NCBI RefSeq assembly: GCF_009914755.1
Contig: NC_060940.1
Direction: 5' to 3' (one strand)
Origin: the human T2T-CHM13v2.0 reference genome, Homo sapiens
DNA: 64,000 nucleotides
Shown: in pieces, positions 24,241 through 37,146 of the stretch
Numbering within the stretch: the stretch's first letter is position 1
Layout of the letters: each line of letters begins with the position of its first letter
Position numbers and translations under genes: made by a program
The notes under the pieces: generated by a model
Seen by the model: only the letters and a program-made list of their open reading frames with translations
Told to the model about the DNA's origin: nothing
The model's database searches: none

Positions 24241-25543
24241 CCTGACTGTACTAAAAAAAGAAAGAGAGAAGGAGATTGTGCCGGAGAGAAAAAACAGTGC
24301 TGGAGAAACCGTTTCCAAAGATCTATTTAACATGTAAACGGAGGAAGATTAATATCTCTGGAACAGTCCCCAAACGTCTTGCCAAGGGCACAGGTTTTCA
24401 GTTTTAAAGGTGAAGTTGAGTTTATTTGCATCTAAAGCAAACAGTTGTTTCTCCTCCTTTCTTTCTCTCTGTTAAACATCGTATCCTAACCATATCCTCT
24501 TTACACTCCGGCTCTGCGTGCTTCTTTATGGAGGGGAGGTCGAGTTAATGGCAGCTGTCTGGGTGTCCAGGTTAATTCATTTCCTGGCGGCGTGGCGGTG
24601 GTGGTGAGGGGGATTCTGAAGTGCTTTTGGAGACACTGGGGCTCTGTTTGCCCATCCATTCCAGGAATCAGTGGAGGGAGAGCCCCTCTCAAGGGCAGAA
24701 TCTGAGGATTGTGGAAATGCAATCAACACACTTATGCGTGCGCCCACACTGCTTTGAATGGGATCCCAGACTCCAGGGAACTCATCTCTGATAAATTGCA
24801 AAAGACCCAAACTAAATGGACCAAAGAAGCAGTCATTATGCTTAAGGGAGGGACCTCACTGTAACACAGAATAAAGTGTTACCTGCAATTATTTTTTAAG
24901 GTTGTGGGGGAAATCTCGGTATCCCAATTCTAACTACCCGGCCTTTTGCTAACTGACTGCAACACTGACTTCCAGCATCTCACATCCTCTTCCTCTCTCT
25001 ATCTTGCTCTATCTTCCCACTCCTACCCAGTCCCATAACAAACAGGTTGGGGTGGATGCCCTCTATGTCCACATTACTTAGGGAGAAAGGGGAGGCTGGA
25101 TCCATTCCTGGTTTCCACCTAAGGATGATTTGTTTAGGCCCCTGTTGTGAGGATTCTCTGATCCTTGGTGCCTGATGGCTCACAACAGGGATTAATTGCA
25201 ATTGTCTTTGTGTATGGAAGGGACTAGGCTTTTTCTTAGGGCGCTCAGCACAGCACTGCCTGCCACTGAGACGGTTCAGGGCACAGAGCTCTCTAGGCCC
25301 ACAAAGAGGTCTGGCTCTCAGGACAGCCATGGGAGGGGCCTATGTCATCAGGAAAGGGCGTTGTTTTCTCCAGGGCTGCCTCTCAGCCTAAAGAGACTTT
25401 TACTCTAATGCCATGAGCTGTCCTTTTGCAGACTAGCAACCGGCTGGTGAGTGCTTTCAGGGGATTGCTTCTCTCTCTCTCTCTCTCCTTCATACACTTA
25501 GAAACAAATACAGTCAGAATCATTAATTATAGAATTGGAGGCC

Positions 25544-25808
25544 TAGGGTTGCCAGATAAATTACAGAATACCCAGTTACATTTGAATTTCAGAAAAAGAA
25601 TGAATAGTGGTTTGATTTTAGTGTAAGTATGTCCCAGATATTACGTGGGGCATACTTACACTAAAAGATATTCTTTGTTTATCTGACATTCAGATTTAAG
25701 TGGATGCCTGTGTGTTGTTTTTGTTTTATTTTTTTTCCTCCCTTCCTTCTCCCTTCCTTCTTTCCTTTCTTCCTTACTTTTTTTTTTCCTTCTCAACCTG
25801 GCAACCTA
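25544..25808. mobile_element. MER53 palindromic MITE with CT-rich insertion
   Basis: TIRs tagggttgccag...ctggcaaccta; internal palindrome tagtgtaagtatgtccca/tggggcatacttacacta. Confidence 0.88.
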
Positions 25809-25829
25809 TTAGAGACCCTCTAGTAAAAA

Positions 25830-25965
25830 TCTTTAGCCAGGAAACCAAAATTGGCAGAGGCAAAGTAATTTGCCCAGTTACACAGCTGGTTCGAGGCACA
25901 GCTAGGGTCAGAAATCAGGTCTAGAAATTTAGTTTTGATTCTCTTGATTAACCACACTGTCTTTG
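25830..25965 (-). mobile_element. MIR fragment
   Basis: aggaaacc...agtaatttgcccagttacacagctggt...aggtctag. Confidence 0.6.
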
Positions 25966-27911
25966 CTTCCCCCAGGATAGCCAACTGGGAGCTAACGTAC
26001 CACATAAGCTCACGTCATAAAACCAGTTCTTCATATAATCATTTCAGAATGATTCACGCGTGCTTCAAAGAACCATAAAGTAAAATACCATTCATCTGGA
26101 AATGCCACTAGTTTATAATTTGTGAGGTTTCCTGGCAAAGTGAATCTTTACCTAGAGACCCTTTTCTGGCTGAGGAGTCCCACAGCTTCCTTTTCTATCA
26201 CCATTGTTCATGATTGTTTTAAGGACTTTGTTCTACCAAGTGATTTCACACTCTTAAGCACACAGTTAGATACAAGCAAAGAGTGTGCCAATTAGCCTCC
26301 TCTTCCCATTAAAGCAAAAGTTCTAAAGCCATTTCATCTTATCTGGATAAAAAGATTAATCTTAAAATACTCTAATATGCATTATTTCAAAGACTTACAT
26401 TGGTTACCTATCTTGAGACTTCAAGATTGGTGGCAAAACTGTTATTCCATATTGTGGCCAACCTCAGGGCAAAAATGTGACCTTATATTTTGGCTATGCT
26501 GTGACCGAGTGTCCTTGTTCATGTCTCTTATGACATCTGAGCCTCACTTACATTATTTTTAAAAGGAGGGGTTAGTTCCTTATTAAGTCCTCGAGTCCAT
26601 TTTGGTTCTAAAACACTAGGTTTCTAAAAATCAGACATGCACTCTGTTAACCTCATCTATTTTTGAAGTTCCAACTGGAATTCAGCAGCAAAAATTGCAT
26701 CTAAGTCTTTTGTAAGTATCCACTGTGCCCAGGATGGTGCCACAAGCTGCCTGTGCTCCCCAAAGCAATCTGGCCATCAAAACCAAATTATAAAACCTCA
26801 CACCGAGGAAGAAAAGAAAAAGGTGTTAATGAAACTAGCTGTAATGCAAAGAAAGGTCAGCTTCAGCTGCAAGCACTGAAATGAAACCATATAATTGCAA
26901 GTGGCAAAAAGGGCTCCAGGTGAGACAGGGACTTTGTTTACACCATGCCCTTCTTTTCTGCCAGTCTTATCATCTGAGTGGCTCTTTCTGGACCAGTGAA
27001 ATAAGAAGCAACAGGCTGAAGATCTGAACCTTCTAGAATTAGATCCAAGTGCCCCAGCCTAACAACAGATCTCCATGAGCATTTCACAGGCTCATTATTA
27101 CTGGCGAGGGAAGGTTGCAGTCAGGGGCAACAGAAAGAAGGACTGTTCTTGCAAATGATAGCAAAATCTTGTTTTGCCTGGGAACTCCCTCTTTCCCACT
27201 TGGACTTTGTGTTTTTCTAATGAATGTCAAAGAGCAGTACATGAGGCCAGGTGGAGATAGAAGAGTGATGTTTCCCTATTTTCCTTTCTTTTTTTCCTTT
27301 CTCTTTTGACTTTATTTTTAGCCTTAAAATTGCTCCTGCAGAGAAACCATTCAACACAGGTGAGACTCAACCCAGAGCCAAGGTGCTGGAGAAGCCGAGG
27401 CTGCCTTTGCTGGTGGCTTCAAGCCAGGAGAAGCTTTTGTGTCTGCTGGGTGTGATGCCCACCAAGGAGACCAGGCTCTGACAGGACTATGCCTCCCAAA
27501 GACAAATGGATGAATTTTTTTGAAAATATAAAATCCTCATGTACTCTATTTCATGAATGGAACCAATTCAAGGACCTTGCTCTGAAAAATGCTATTCAAA
27601 TTGTTTTCATTGAAATATTTTCTTGCGCCTCCACTTCATCTTTGGAGCATCCCAGGGGCTTTCCCTCTCAAGTACATGCTACAGTTTTGCAAGCTCCTTT
27701 TCTAGAATGGAGATGTGCTCTCAGGACTCTATTGGCCAAATCTAGACATAACCAAAAACCCAGGGACAGCGTGCTGGGGAGGGTGTTGACTATTCAGTGA
27801 CTGAAGAATTAAGTACTATCCTGAGAAGAAGGTAGTGACCTCACAACCTGATCAGGCAAATGCTTAGGGCTTTGTCCCTTTCTTACAGATTAGAAAGTTC
27901 CCACATTTGCC

Positions 27912-28105
27912 ACTAATAATAACTAGTACTTATGAAGGTTTACTATGTGCAAAGTACTTTGCATCCAATTCTCATTTATAGGTACTGTTATTGCCATTTT
28001 ATGGATGAGTAAACTGAGGCTTAGAAAGGTTTAGAAACTTGAGTAACATCACATTGCTATTAACTAGTAGAGGCAGAACTAGAAACTAAGTCTCATTGAC
28101 TCTAA
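27912..28105 (-). mobile_element. MIR
   Basis: ccattttatggatgagtaaactgaggcttagaaaggtt core. Confidence 0.8.
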
Positions 28106-28148
28106 CAGTCCGTCTTCTCAATGACTTTTGACAGTAATAGGTAAATTT

Positions 28149-28222
28149 TCAAGGCTGTGGTCAGCTATGATTGCATCCCTGCACTGCAGCCTGGTGTTGA
28201 AACAAGACCTCATCTCTAAAAA
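28149..28222 (+). mobile_element. Alu right-arm (FRAM/AluJ) 3' fragment
   Basis: ttcaaggctgtggtcagctatgattgcatccctgcactgcagcctgg...agacctcatctctaaaa. Confidence 0.75.
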
Positions 28223-28224
28223 GT

Positions 28225-28410
28225 AATAGTAATAATAATCATAGGTAACTGTAATTGACTACCTACTATGAGCCAGGCACAATTGTGAGCACTTTATGCA
28301 TTTTATTGCAATAAAACTTCATGACAACCTTGTGAGACAAGTACTACTATTAAGCCCATTTTATGTATGAGGAAAGTGAAGGACAGAGATTAAGGAAAGA
28401 GCTGGTGACT
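28225..28410 (-). mobile_element. MIR
   Basis: ctactatgagccaggcac...cccattttatgtatgaggaaagtgaagg. Confidence 0.75.
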
Positions 28411-28799
28411 TTAGCTACTCACCCATATTGGCCACCTGGGTCAGTGGAGGTTGTTGGCCTCTCTTCAAATCCAAAGAACAATAAAGCCTCATTCAAAATG
28501 CAAAAGAAAAATGAATTTGAAAAACAACAAACACACAGCAAAACCTACCCCTCCTCTGCCCACATCCCAACTGGACAGCTGTGTGTATCTTCTTTAGCCT
28601 TTCTTTAATTCCCAACAGAGTTTCTCTTCTACTCTTCCTCTTCATATAAATGTAAGACTTGGGGTGGGAGGCAATGTATGCCTCTAAGGTATGTGTGATT
28701 CTCTCGTTCTTCGTGGCCACAGAGAATGAAGTCAGTTCTCTAACAATTGCACAATCTCTCTATCTCTTATCTTCTCTCCCTCTGTCCTCTGTCTCTCTC

Positions 28800-28836
28800 C
28801 ACACACACACACACACACACATACATACACACACAC
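28800..28836. repeat. (CA)n microsatellite
   Basis: Direct reading. Confidence 0.9.
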
Positions 28837-29879
28837 TTTCCTCCTTTGATCTCAAAATTCCGAAATGCAGTTTCTATTAATAGAACTTTCTGTTGATTCA
28901 TTAGCTAAGCACCAGCACACCAGTTTAGGATAGAGATGCTCTGAGCCTACCTACTGCTGTGAGGCTGGGGTCTGGGCTCCTAGCCCAGGCACTAACCCAC
29001 AGGCTGGCCAGCCCAGTAGCTGCCTGATGAGAGTGCAACTCTAAGGAAGCCAGCAGGTTTATTTCCCTCAGTAAATCTATTCTGATTAATGTAAACACTG
29101 TATAATACTCCACCTGTAGGTGTTGTAATTAAGGTGCATCGGGACCACAATCAGCACAGTGACAGGCAGAGGGAAAATTATTGACCTCCCACGGATTTTT
29201 TAAGTCAGCACATTTAGTACTGTGAAAATCACCAAGTCATTAGCAGAGGGATATTTTTTAAAAAATTCAAATGAAAGAAGTCTGCTCATATTACAGCTAT
29301 TTGTTTGCTAGCCTCTTTGTTCCCTTTTTTTAAGGACTTAAGTTGAAAATTCTCCCCCATTCCATCAGAGCCTCTGCAGACTAAGGGGCACCAATCTTGG
29401 TAGGAGGTAAAAGTTTTCCATCCCAGATTTGGAGGAGCAAATGGTTTCTCTAAGGGAGACTGCCGCCCAAGCCCAACGCAGAGGGTCCTAGCACAAGAGG
29501 CCACCAAGCAAGCATCCTTTTCTTGTGTTTATAGAGCCAGGATGACCATGAGTGTGACTTGCTGGGCTCCCACGTTGCCTAAGAGCTCACACCTTGGTGC
29601 CAAACTAAGCTCCGTGGACGCGCGCGCGTGTGGGAGGGAGGTTGATAGCTGTAGCCTGCAGCTCTGCTTTCTGTCTTGGCATGGCAGGTGTCAGCATGCA
29701 GCCCTGGGAGGCAGACAGGCCCCTTGCCTCTCCCTGTCCTTCCGGAGATAGTACTTTCTGGCCTTCATTCCCAGCTACCCCTCCCCGACCAGAGGACTGG
29801 AGATGCTGCTTGTGATGAGTTTGAGAAGCAGAGGTGCACCCCACCACCCATCTCCAGTCAGACTCAAGAATTCCTGGAC

Positions 29880-30069
29880 TCTGGAGTCGTGCCTAACTGG
29901 GTTCTGCTTCCTGCTCTCCTAATCCCTTGCGAATCCTCCTTGTGGCCCAGTTTCCTCATCCATAAAATGGGGATAACAACAGTACATACCATGTAGTAGT
30001 ACATACTGTTGTGAAAGTTGAAAGGGATGATCCATGACAAGCCTGCACAATGCCTAGCACATTGCAAAT
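29880..30069 (+). mobile_element. MIR interrupted by MER58
   Basis: cagtttcctcatccataaaatggggataacaacagtac...tgcctagcaca. Confidence 0.8.
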
Positions 30070-30297
30070 CAGGGGTCTGCAAACATTTTTGGAAAATGCT
30101 AGATAGAAAATAATTTAGGCTTTGTGGACCATATGGTCTGTGTCACAACTAGTTAGAGTTAACTCCGCCACTGCATGCTAGAAGCAGCCGTAGACCATAT
30201 GTAAAGGAACAAATGTGGCTGTGTTCCAATCAAACTTTATTTACAAGAACAGGTAGAGGGCCTGATTTGGCTGTTGGGTCATAGTTTGCAGAACCTT
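30070..30297 (+). mobile_element. MER58A hAT-Charlie MITE
   Basis: caggggtctgcaaac...ggctgtgttccaatcaaactttatttacaa...catagtttgcagaacc. Confidence 0.88.
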
Positions 30298-30318
30298 CTT
30301 AATTTAAATAATGAATAA

Positions 30319-30718
<400 letters not shown>

Positions 30719-31343
30719 TGCCCTCCTGTAACTTATAGTGAGTATTAGGGGAGGGGAGGTATTAATTCACAAATATTAAATGAGAGTCTACTGTATCAAA
30801 GAAGGTGACACACAGATTAAAAGCTCTTATATAAAGACTAAAGCAATACATACCTTCGAAATGTTTAATTTTCGTTTTATAAAATGCAACTGCCACCCCA
30901 TGAAAACAAATCAGGAAGATTTTTCATTAAAATCTTAATTTTAATTCAGTTGCACTGCATTAAAATTACATTACCTTTACAGATTTTTTTCAAGAAAAAT
31001 AATAAAAATGAAATGTGCATGAACATCATCGCATCACACTCTAAACATGGCATGCATTGCTTTAAGTACATTCAGCAGAAAGGAAAGCCATCGGATAGGT
31101 TTTGTTTCAGCTCACAGCCCGTTTGCCGAAGTCAATACTCAAGCAGTCAGAACAGCCAGCTTGATATTTTTTGATTGAACAGTCTCCTTAATTTAACCAG
31201 GGATCTAAATTGTGGAGAAGTCTGAGATCTGAGCTGCTAAAATGGTTAGGAAATAAATGGACAGAATATCCTACCTTTAAGATGCAATTCCAAAGATATC
31301 ATTTAAACACATCTTGGGTTTATCAGATATGTCAAAGAATGTG

Positions 31344-31423
31344 TATCTATCTAGTACTCTATCTATCTATCTAATCTATCTGTCATCTATCTATCTATCT
31401 ATCTATCATCTATCTATCTATCT
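31344..31423. repeat. Interrupted (TATC)n tetranucleotide STR
   Basis: Direct reading. Confidence 0.92.
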
Positions 31424-31569
31424 GCAATTTAATCTTTAAAGTCAATAAGATCAATTATACACAGATAGAGAGGCAGTTGCTTAACTTAGCTACTTGTCAT
31501 CTGAAAAGAAATGAATCCTGTTTGAGAGATAAGCCAAACTGACATTTTCTACATTATAGACCATGTACT

Positions 31570-31712
31570 TTTCATTCATTCATTCACTCATTTTACAAAT
31601 ATTATTGAGAGTATACTACATGCATTGCTTATAGCTAGGGGCTAAGAAATACAAACATGAATGAACTTGAGCTCCTGTTACAAAATGCTTAGACAGAGCA
31701 TATGGAGAAGAC
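31570..31712 (-). mobile_element. L2 3' end
   Basis: ttcattcattcattcactcattttacaaatattattgag... Confidence 0.65.
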
Positions 31713-32125
31713 CATATTGCTGATCAGGAGGCTCTCTGGGAAAAATCCGCACACCCCATTCATTACTCTGAAGAACCTTAGTCAACATCTAGTTTTTACA
31801 GAAGCAAGGTCCCTCTTCTAACAAAGGACACAATTTTAATGCAAAGAAAGAGCCTGCATCACCTAGTTGTGTGGTAATGGCACCCCCAGACTGATGATAT
31901 CGACCAGCTGGCTTTTAGATCCTGCAACAACAGGAGATTCACCTGTTCCTGTGCTCTCTTTCTTCTATATGAGTCAGGCCGCTTCTCTGACAACCAATGG
32001 ACTATTCCTTTCACAAAAATTGTTGAAATGGGTGCTACCTTCCTGCCACATCTATTTACTTTTACTTCCTGCTTTTTCATCTCTAAGTGATTTACTTTTC
32101 TTTCACTTTCCTTTCCTAGCACAAT

Positions 32126-32432
32126 CTTTTCTTTTCTCTCTTTTTTTTGAGAGAAGGTCTTGCTCTGTCACCTAGGCTGGAGTGCAGTGGTGTGATTATG
32201 GCTCACTGAAGCCTTGACCTTCCTAGGCTCAGGTGATCCTCTCACTTCAGCTTCCCAAGTAGCTGGGATCACAGGTGCCTGCCATCATGCCGGGCTAATT
32301 TTTGTATATTTTTTGTAGAAATGGGGTCTCATTATGTTGCCAGGCTTGTCTTGAACTCCTGGGTTCAAACAATCCTCCTACCTTGGCCTCCCAAAGTGCT
32401 GGGATGACAGGTTTGAGCCACCTTGCCCAGTC
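32126..32432 (-). mobile_element. AluJ
   Basis: Full dimer; TSD CTAGCACAATCTTT at 32116-32129 and 32435-32448. Confidence 0.95.
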
Positions 32433-34868
32433 CACTAGCACAATCTTTAGGTTCAGACATTTCCCACTTCTCTTGGTCCCCTCCTCTAAGTCCCCCAGAG
32501 CAGTAACCTGGTTCACAAACATATTTTAGGTTTTATGCACTCTCAAACTTCCTTCCTCTTCTGATGTTTGACTGTGTCTCAGATGTGAGGATTGCATAGT
32601 AATACAGTAAAATTCTATGAATATGCTGGCTTCTGGGATGCAAGGGGCTTGGAGCTCCTGAGTTCTAAGCCCTAGACCAAAGTTGGCCACGGTGCTCATT
32701 TTCAAAGGCAATCACAAGATGAATATCAAAGAATGTGCACAATGCACATTGGGAAACCTGTCAGAACATTGTTGGGAAAATAAAGTGAATCAATAGAATG
32801 TCAAGAGACTCAAATGGAAAAAATATTGAATATTCATTTTCTCAGTTTCACAGGGGTAGGGATTTACTAGGACCAAGGCAGCTGGTGGGATTTTCGGCTT
32901 TCCTTGGAATGGTTCAAATAATTTTTGTGCTGTGCATTGGATTAGTATTCAATTAACTCCTTTAAAATTATAATGTGCAACTTCAACAAACTTGTTAACG
33001 AGCCTACAGCACAATTAGAGCAGTTAATAGCCACCAGGTACAACAAATGAATGCTGTATGTCCATAAACAGGGGACATCTGAAACAAATTCAGTGATGGT
33101 GTTTCCTATTTGCATATCTATTCTACTTTCAAAACCAGCGATACCTGTAAACATCAGAGAAAAATTACAGAAGGGTCATTTTCTCCCATATATTTGTCAA
33201 AGAAAATCTGATGTCAAAACCTTGTAGAGATTGTTTCTTTCTAATGTGGCCAGTCCCACTCCAGGAAATCCGATATGCTAACACAACCAGCTCTTAGTGG
33301 AGAAACCTAATCGGTACAGTGTTACTTGTATTGCAAACCCATCACTATGGTTGCCAAAATGTTTTAAACATAATCTCTCTCTTTCTCTTACATAGGCCAT
33401 TTCAATTTAAGAAAACAAAAGATGATCCTGTGAACACTGTATCAGGCATCATTACTGGACTGAAAAAAGGATCACTTGATGGACATGCCTGGCATTTTGT
33501 TTAGGTACATTTCACCATCAGACACTCACCCTCACTCAGAGAAACAGAGCAAACAGAAGCATCCATAGTAGGGCTAGAAATTCCAGGGGAGGACCAAGAA
33601 GGCATCTGTCTTCCTGTTGATATGTAAAAAATGATTTGAAAAAGAATGCATCAGACTTCCATTATGATGATAGGATCAAGAATGCAACCTTCTGGACATT
33701 TCTGAGTTTTCTTAAACTGGATAAATAAAATGCATTGTAAGAGCTTTTAGCATTTGGTTTAATGCTAAACCATCTCTCTTGGCTGAAGAATTTTGCATTT
33801 TAATTGGATCTATTCTAAAATAACAGTGGAAAATTGATTTTAAACCTAAAGGTTGTATTCTCAATCATTTTATTCCCAGAAGTACTATTTGTAATTTTTT
33901 TCATAATAGATTTTTACCACAGGATATAACGTTATCACATGTGATACATCTTTATCTATGCCTTAGAAGGTTTCCACTCCTTTTACAAATTCAAAACGGC
34001 CTTACCCACTCTCCTTTCCACACACATCCACACAATTATGAAAGTATCATGTTATGATTTAAATAGATTCACTACTTTTGATAGTTTGTGGAAGAAATGC
34101 TACATCTCTTTTCCATGAGGCTGTAAAACTTTCTCACCATTCTTAAATAACAGCCTAAATAATAAAATCTAAAAAAAGTACAATTTAATTTGTTTGTTTT
34201 TTTTCAGAAGTATTTCTTCTCTGGCCTTAGAAGATTAGTTTTCAAAGCGATGGTAAAATCATTGATGTATGTCTTTTCAAGAAAAAGAAAAAAAAAAAAG
34301 ACTGCTAAATGCCAAACATTTGCTCTTTGGAGCATAGCAAGAAGAAAGGGAGAGGACCAGACGGCCACATCCTAAGAACAGAGTATTGTCCAGGTAGCTG
34401 TCGCCCCAAATGGGATCTCTTTCCAGGTCTTTTTGTTAAAGCTTTTCTTTCCTAAATAAAACTTAATTTTCTCTCGCTAATCTTTCCAGTGGGTGTCTGC
34501 CGCTTCCTCATGCCTTGCTATAAGAAAGCTCGTAAAAAGGAAGAAATCTAAAACTAGAACAATTCTATATTCACAGTTTCTCTGACATTAAAAAGTACTC
34601 AAGAGAAGAATTTTTTTTTAATTTAAAGAAACATCTGTCCAACATGGATGATTTTGAAGAAGAGCACTCCCCTTTGTCCAGAGCCATAGAAAGATAATTT
34701 AATTACACTTATCATTACACCCTCCCCAAATTAGACTACAAATGGATCTTGATTTCTCATGATTTTTTCACTTTACAAAATAATCTTAAAGTTTAGGAGG
34801 AAGAAAAGATGCTTAAGAATAATCAAGAATGCTTGGAAAAGAGGAAGAAAAAGGGAAATTTCTCCTAC

Positions 34869-35611
34869 TGAACCGGTAGTGCTGGGAAGGGAAGAGCGTG
34901 GTCCCTTTAAATGACAGGGAAGTGGGGCAGGGAAGTGCTGGGTAGAGAAAGGCGAGGTCTCTGTCTAGGGCTCCACCCCCAGGGACCTAGGTGAGGACAG
35001 GCACTTCTGCCTTCAAGCCCAAATGTTGCATTTTCCAAGACCACCCTGGCCTGCCACACCCCCATTCTGGGCCTATAAAAACCCAAGACCCTAGCAGGCA
35101 GACACAAAAGCGGCTGGACGTCATGAAGAACACATGGACAGAAGACACAAGCAGCTGGTAGTGGAGAGCACACGGCGGAATGACGCAGAGTTTTGCTGGA
35201 GCAGGCCGCCAAAGGACCCGACTCCAGGGGAAAACCATCTCCCTTCTTGCTCCCCCGTCTGCTGAGAGCTACTTCTGCTCAATAAAACCTTGCACTCATT
35301 CTCCAAGCCCATGTGTGATCCATTCCCGGGATACAGAAAGCCCTCTGTCCTTGTGATAAAGAAGGGGGTCTAATTGAACTGGTTAACACAAGCTGCCTAT
35401 AGACAGCAAACCAAAAGAGCACCCTGTAACACACGCCCACTTGGGTTTCGGCTGTAAACATTCATCCCTAGGCACTGCCATTGGATCGGAGGCCCACAGT
35501 CTGCCCATGTCTACGTTCCCCTAGGAGGTTTGAGGAGCGGGTGGCTGAAAAAGCTAGCCACACCCCCAGCGCATGCCCTGCAGGGGGGACAAAGGAAACT
35601 TTCCAGTTTCA
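34869..35611 (+). mobile_element. ERV1 solo LTR, LTR1(B)-like
   Basis: TG...CA ends, exact 4-bp TSD CTAC (34865-68, 35612-15), TATAAAA 35074, AATAAA 35281; ggacctaggtgaggacaggcac...gcggctggacgtc motifs. Confidence 0.88.
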
Positions 35612-35640
35612 CTACCACCATTAGAATATCTTACAAAGTC

Positions 35641-35956
35641 GGCTAGGCGTGGTGGCTCACGCCTGTAATCCCAGCACTTCTGGAGGCTGAGGCCGGTGGA
35701 TCGCCTGAGGCCAGGAGTTCAAGGTCAGCCTGCTCAACATGGCGAAAACCCATCTCTACTAAAAATATAAAAATGAGCTAGACATGGTGGTGCATGCCTG
35801 CAATCCCAGCTACTCTGGAGGCTGAGGCAGGAGAATTGTTTGAACCTAGGAGGCAGAGGCTGGACTAATAATCATGCCCGTATCTAAGCTATTATCTGTA
35901 AAAAGTTGTACCTATTTGCATTGCACTCTAGCCTGGGCGACAGAGCAAGACTATCT
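35641..35956 (+). mobile_element. AluS with foreign 65-bp insertion in the right arm and no poly(A) tail
   Basis: ggctaggcgtggtggctcacgcctgtaatccc...; non-Alu sequence at 35859-35923. Confidence 0.95.
35859..35923 (-). repeat. Perfect inverted repeat, copy 1 (65 bp)
   Basis: Exact reverse complement of 37147-37211. Confidence 0.97.
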
Positions 35957-36476
35957 TATGGTAATGGTGGCATAGGATTAATGAAACGGAATAGAAGTCC
36001 TAGAAATATTCCCAAGTAAATATAAGAAGTTTGTGTATGATAAAAGTGGCATTTAAAAATAAAAGGAAGATGTAGTATATTATTCAATATTTTGGTATTG
36101 TGGCAACTGCCTATTCGTTTAGGGGAGGAGACAAAAGGTAGTCTCTGAGTCATACAAGTGAAAGTATAAATTTGAGGTTTAATAATAAGTATTAAAAGGA
36201 AACAATTATATAGATGTAATATATTTATAAGTATGAAAAACCAAGAATAAATTTTAGATGTAATATATTTATACATATAAAAAAGGAAATGATTATTTTC
36301 TAAGAATATGCTGGTGGATATTTATACAATATTGAATTGGGAAAGCATCAGTCCTGAGGCAATAATCATAAAATAAATGAATTAAGTTTACTACGGAAAT
36401 ACTAAAATTGTCTGCCCATCAAAACATACCAAAAATTATGACTAAGAAGAAAGGACAAATTGGGTAACATATTTAA

Positions 36477-36540
36477 ATATACATATACATACATATATAT
36501 ACACACACACACACACATATATATATACACACATACATAC
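36477..36540. repeat. (TA)/(CA) compound simple repeat
   Basis: Direct reading. Confidence 0.85.
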
Positions 36541-36643
36541 AATATGCTCAACATATAAAAAGTTTTAACAACTTTGTAAGAAAAAGATTAACACGGATAA
36601 TTTACAAAAGAAAAATAATGCAATGAAAAATAATTTACCTACC

Positions 36644-37062
36644 TGCATTAGGGTTCTCTTCGAGGGAAAAAATAGGAGATATATATGTAAAGGGGAGCTT
36701 ATTAAGTATTAACTTACGTGATTACAAGGTCCCAAAATAGGCTGTCTGCAAGCTGAGGAGCAAGGAGAGGCAATCCAAGTTACAAAACTAAAGAACTTGG
36801 AGTCCGATGTTTGAGGGCAGGAAGCACCCAGCATGGGAGAAAAATGTAGGCTGGGAAGCTAGGCCTGTCTCTCCTTTTCTGCCTGCTTTATATTCGCTGG
36901 CAGCTGATTAAATTGTGCCCACCAGATTAAGGGTGGATCTGCCTTCCCTGGCCCACTGGCTCAAATGTTAATCTCTTTTGCAACACCCTCACAGACACAC
37001 CCAAGATCAATACTTTGTATCCTTCAATCCAATCAAGTTGACATTCAGTATTAACCATCATA
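36644..37062 (-). mobile_element. MLT2A1-like ERVL solo LTR
   Basis: ggctgtctgcaagctgaggagcaaggagag...caatccaatcaagttgacattcagtattaaccatca; near-TSD CTACC/CTAAC. Confidence 0.92.
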
Positions 37063-37146
37063 CTAACCAAACAGCATTTAAAAATGTTTAATACTCAGTA
37101 ATAGTTAGGATGTGGAAGAATGGGAATTCTCACACACTGCTGATTA

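Noticed and set aside
23992-24333. Overlapping 113-aa and 101-aa ORFs at the CpG cluster
   Set aside because: GC-rich DNA lacks stop codons by chance; no homology or exon structure was recognised.
35924-37146. Spacer between the 65-bp inverted repeats is already inverted
   Set aside because: L1M remnants in the spacer have the same + orientation and colinear order as those outside it.
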